Below, piece after piece: positions 63,967 to 64,000 of a DNA stretch of 64,000 nt. A program made the translations under genes and the position numbers. Position 1 is the stretch's first letter. Each line of letters begins with the position of its first letter. The notes beneath the pieces are model-generated. The model was not told where the DNA came from, searched no databases, and saw only the letters and a list, made by a program, of their open reading frames with translations. Source of the stretch: Octopus bimaculoides (Eukaryota); NCBI RefSeq assembly GCF_001194135.2, contig NC_069006.1, positions 3,661,744 through 3,725,743 on the forward strand, given 5' to 3'.

Positions 63967-64000
<34 letters not shown>

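Noticed and set aside
54733-64000. N-terminal RRM or start codon of spen (MVRETRHLWVGNLP-type)
   Set aside because: No matching sequence found by eye on the minus strand; probably outside the window.

Overview
Eukaryotic, AT-rich, microsatellite-dense genomic DNA from a short-read assembly with 8 N-gaps. The SINE/MITE content and (GT)n/(AT)n/(AAT)n density suggest an octopod cephalopod, e.g. Octopus; this is inference. Most of the window is one minus-strand gene, spen (split ends/SHARP/MINT; Msx2-interacting protein). I traced 17 coding exons by hand from 54732 down to the TAG at 7012-7014. All have GT-AG boundaries and mutually compatible phases, totalling 17,977 nt (about 5,990 aa). They encode an Arg/Ser-rich linker, three RRMs, a very large low-complexity middle region (mostly one 13,019-nt exon) and a C-terminal SPOC domain. 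The start codon and the N-terminal RRM known in other SPEN proteins were not found and probably lie beyond 64000. Introns hold two tRNA-like SINE families, two TTAA-flanked piggyBac-type MITE families, hAT-type MITEs, RTE LINE fragments and a Tc1 fossil. I found no prokaryote-type system or CRISPR. Best leads: five [YF]xF acidic motifs in the giant exon resembling the cohesin STAG-RAD21-binding motif of CTCF; a 90-bp near-perfect intronic hairpin; a 53-bp minisatellite built from a hAT TSD+TIR junction; a CpG-retaining intronic patch that may be an internal promoter; and an in-frame cryptic donor inside the giant exon. All coordinates and counts are manual.
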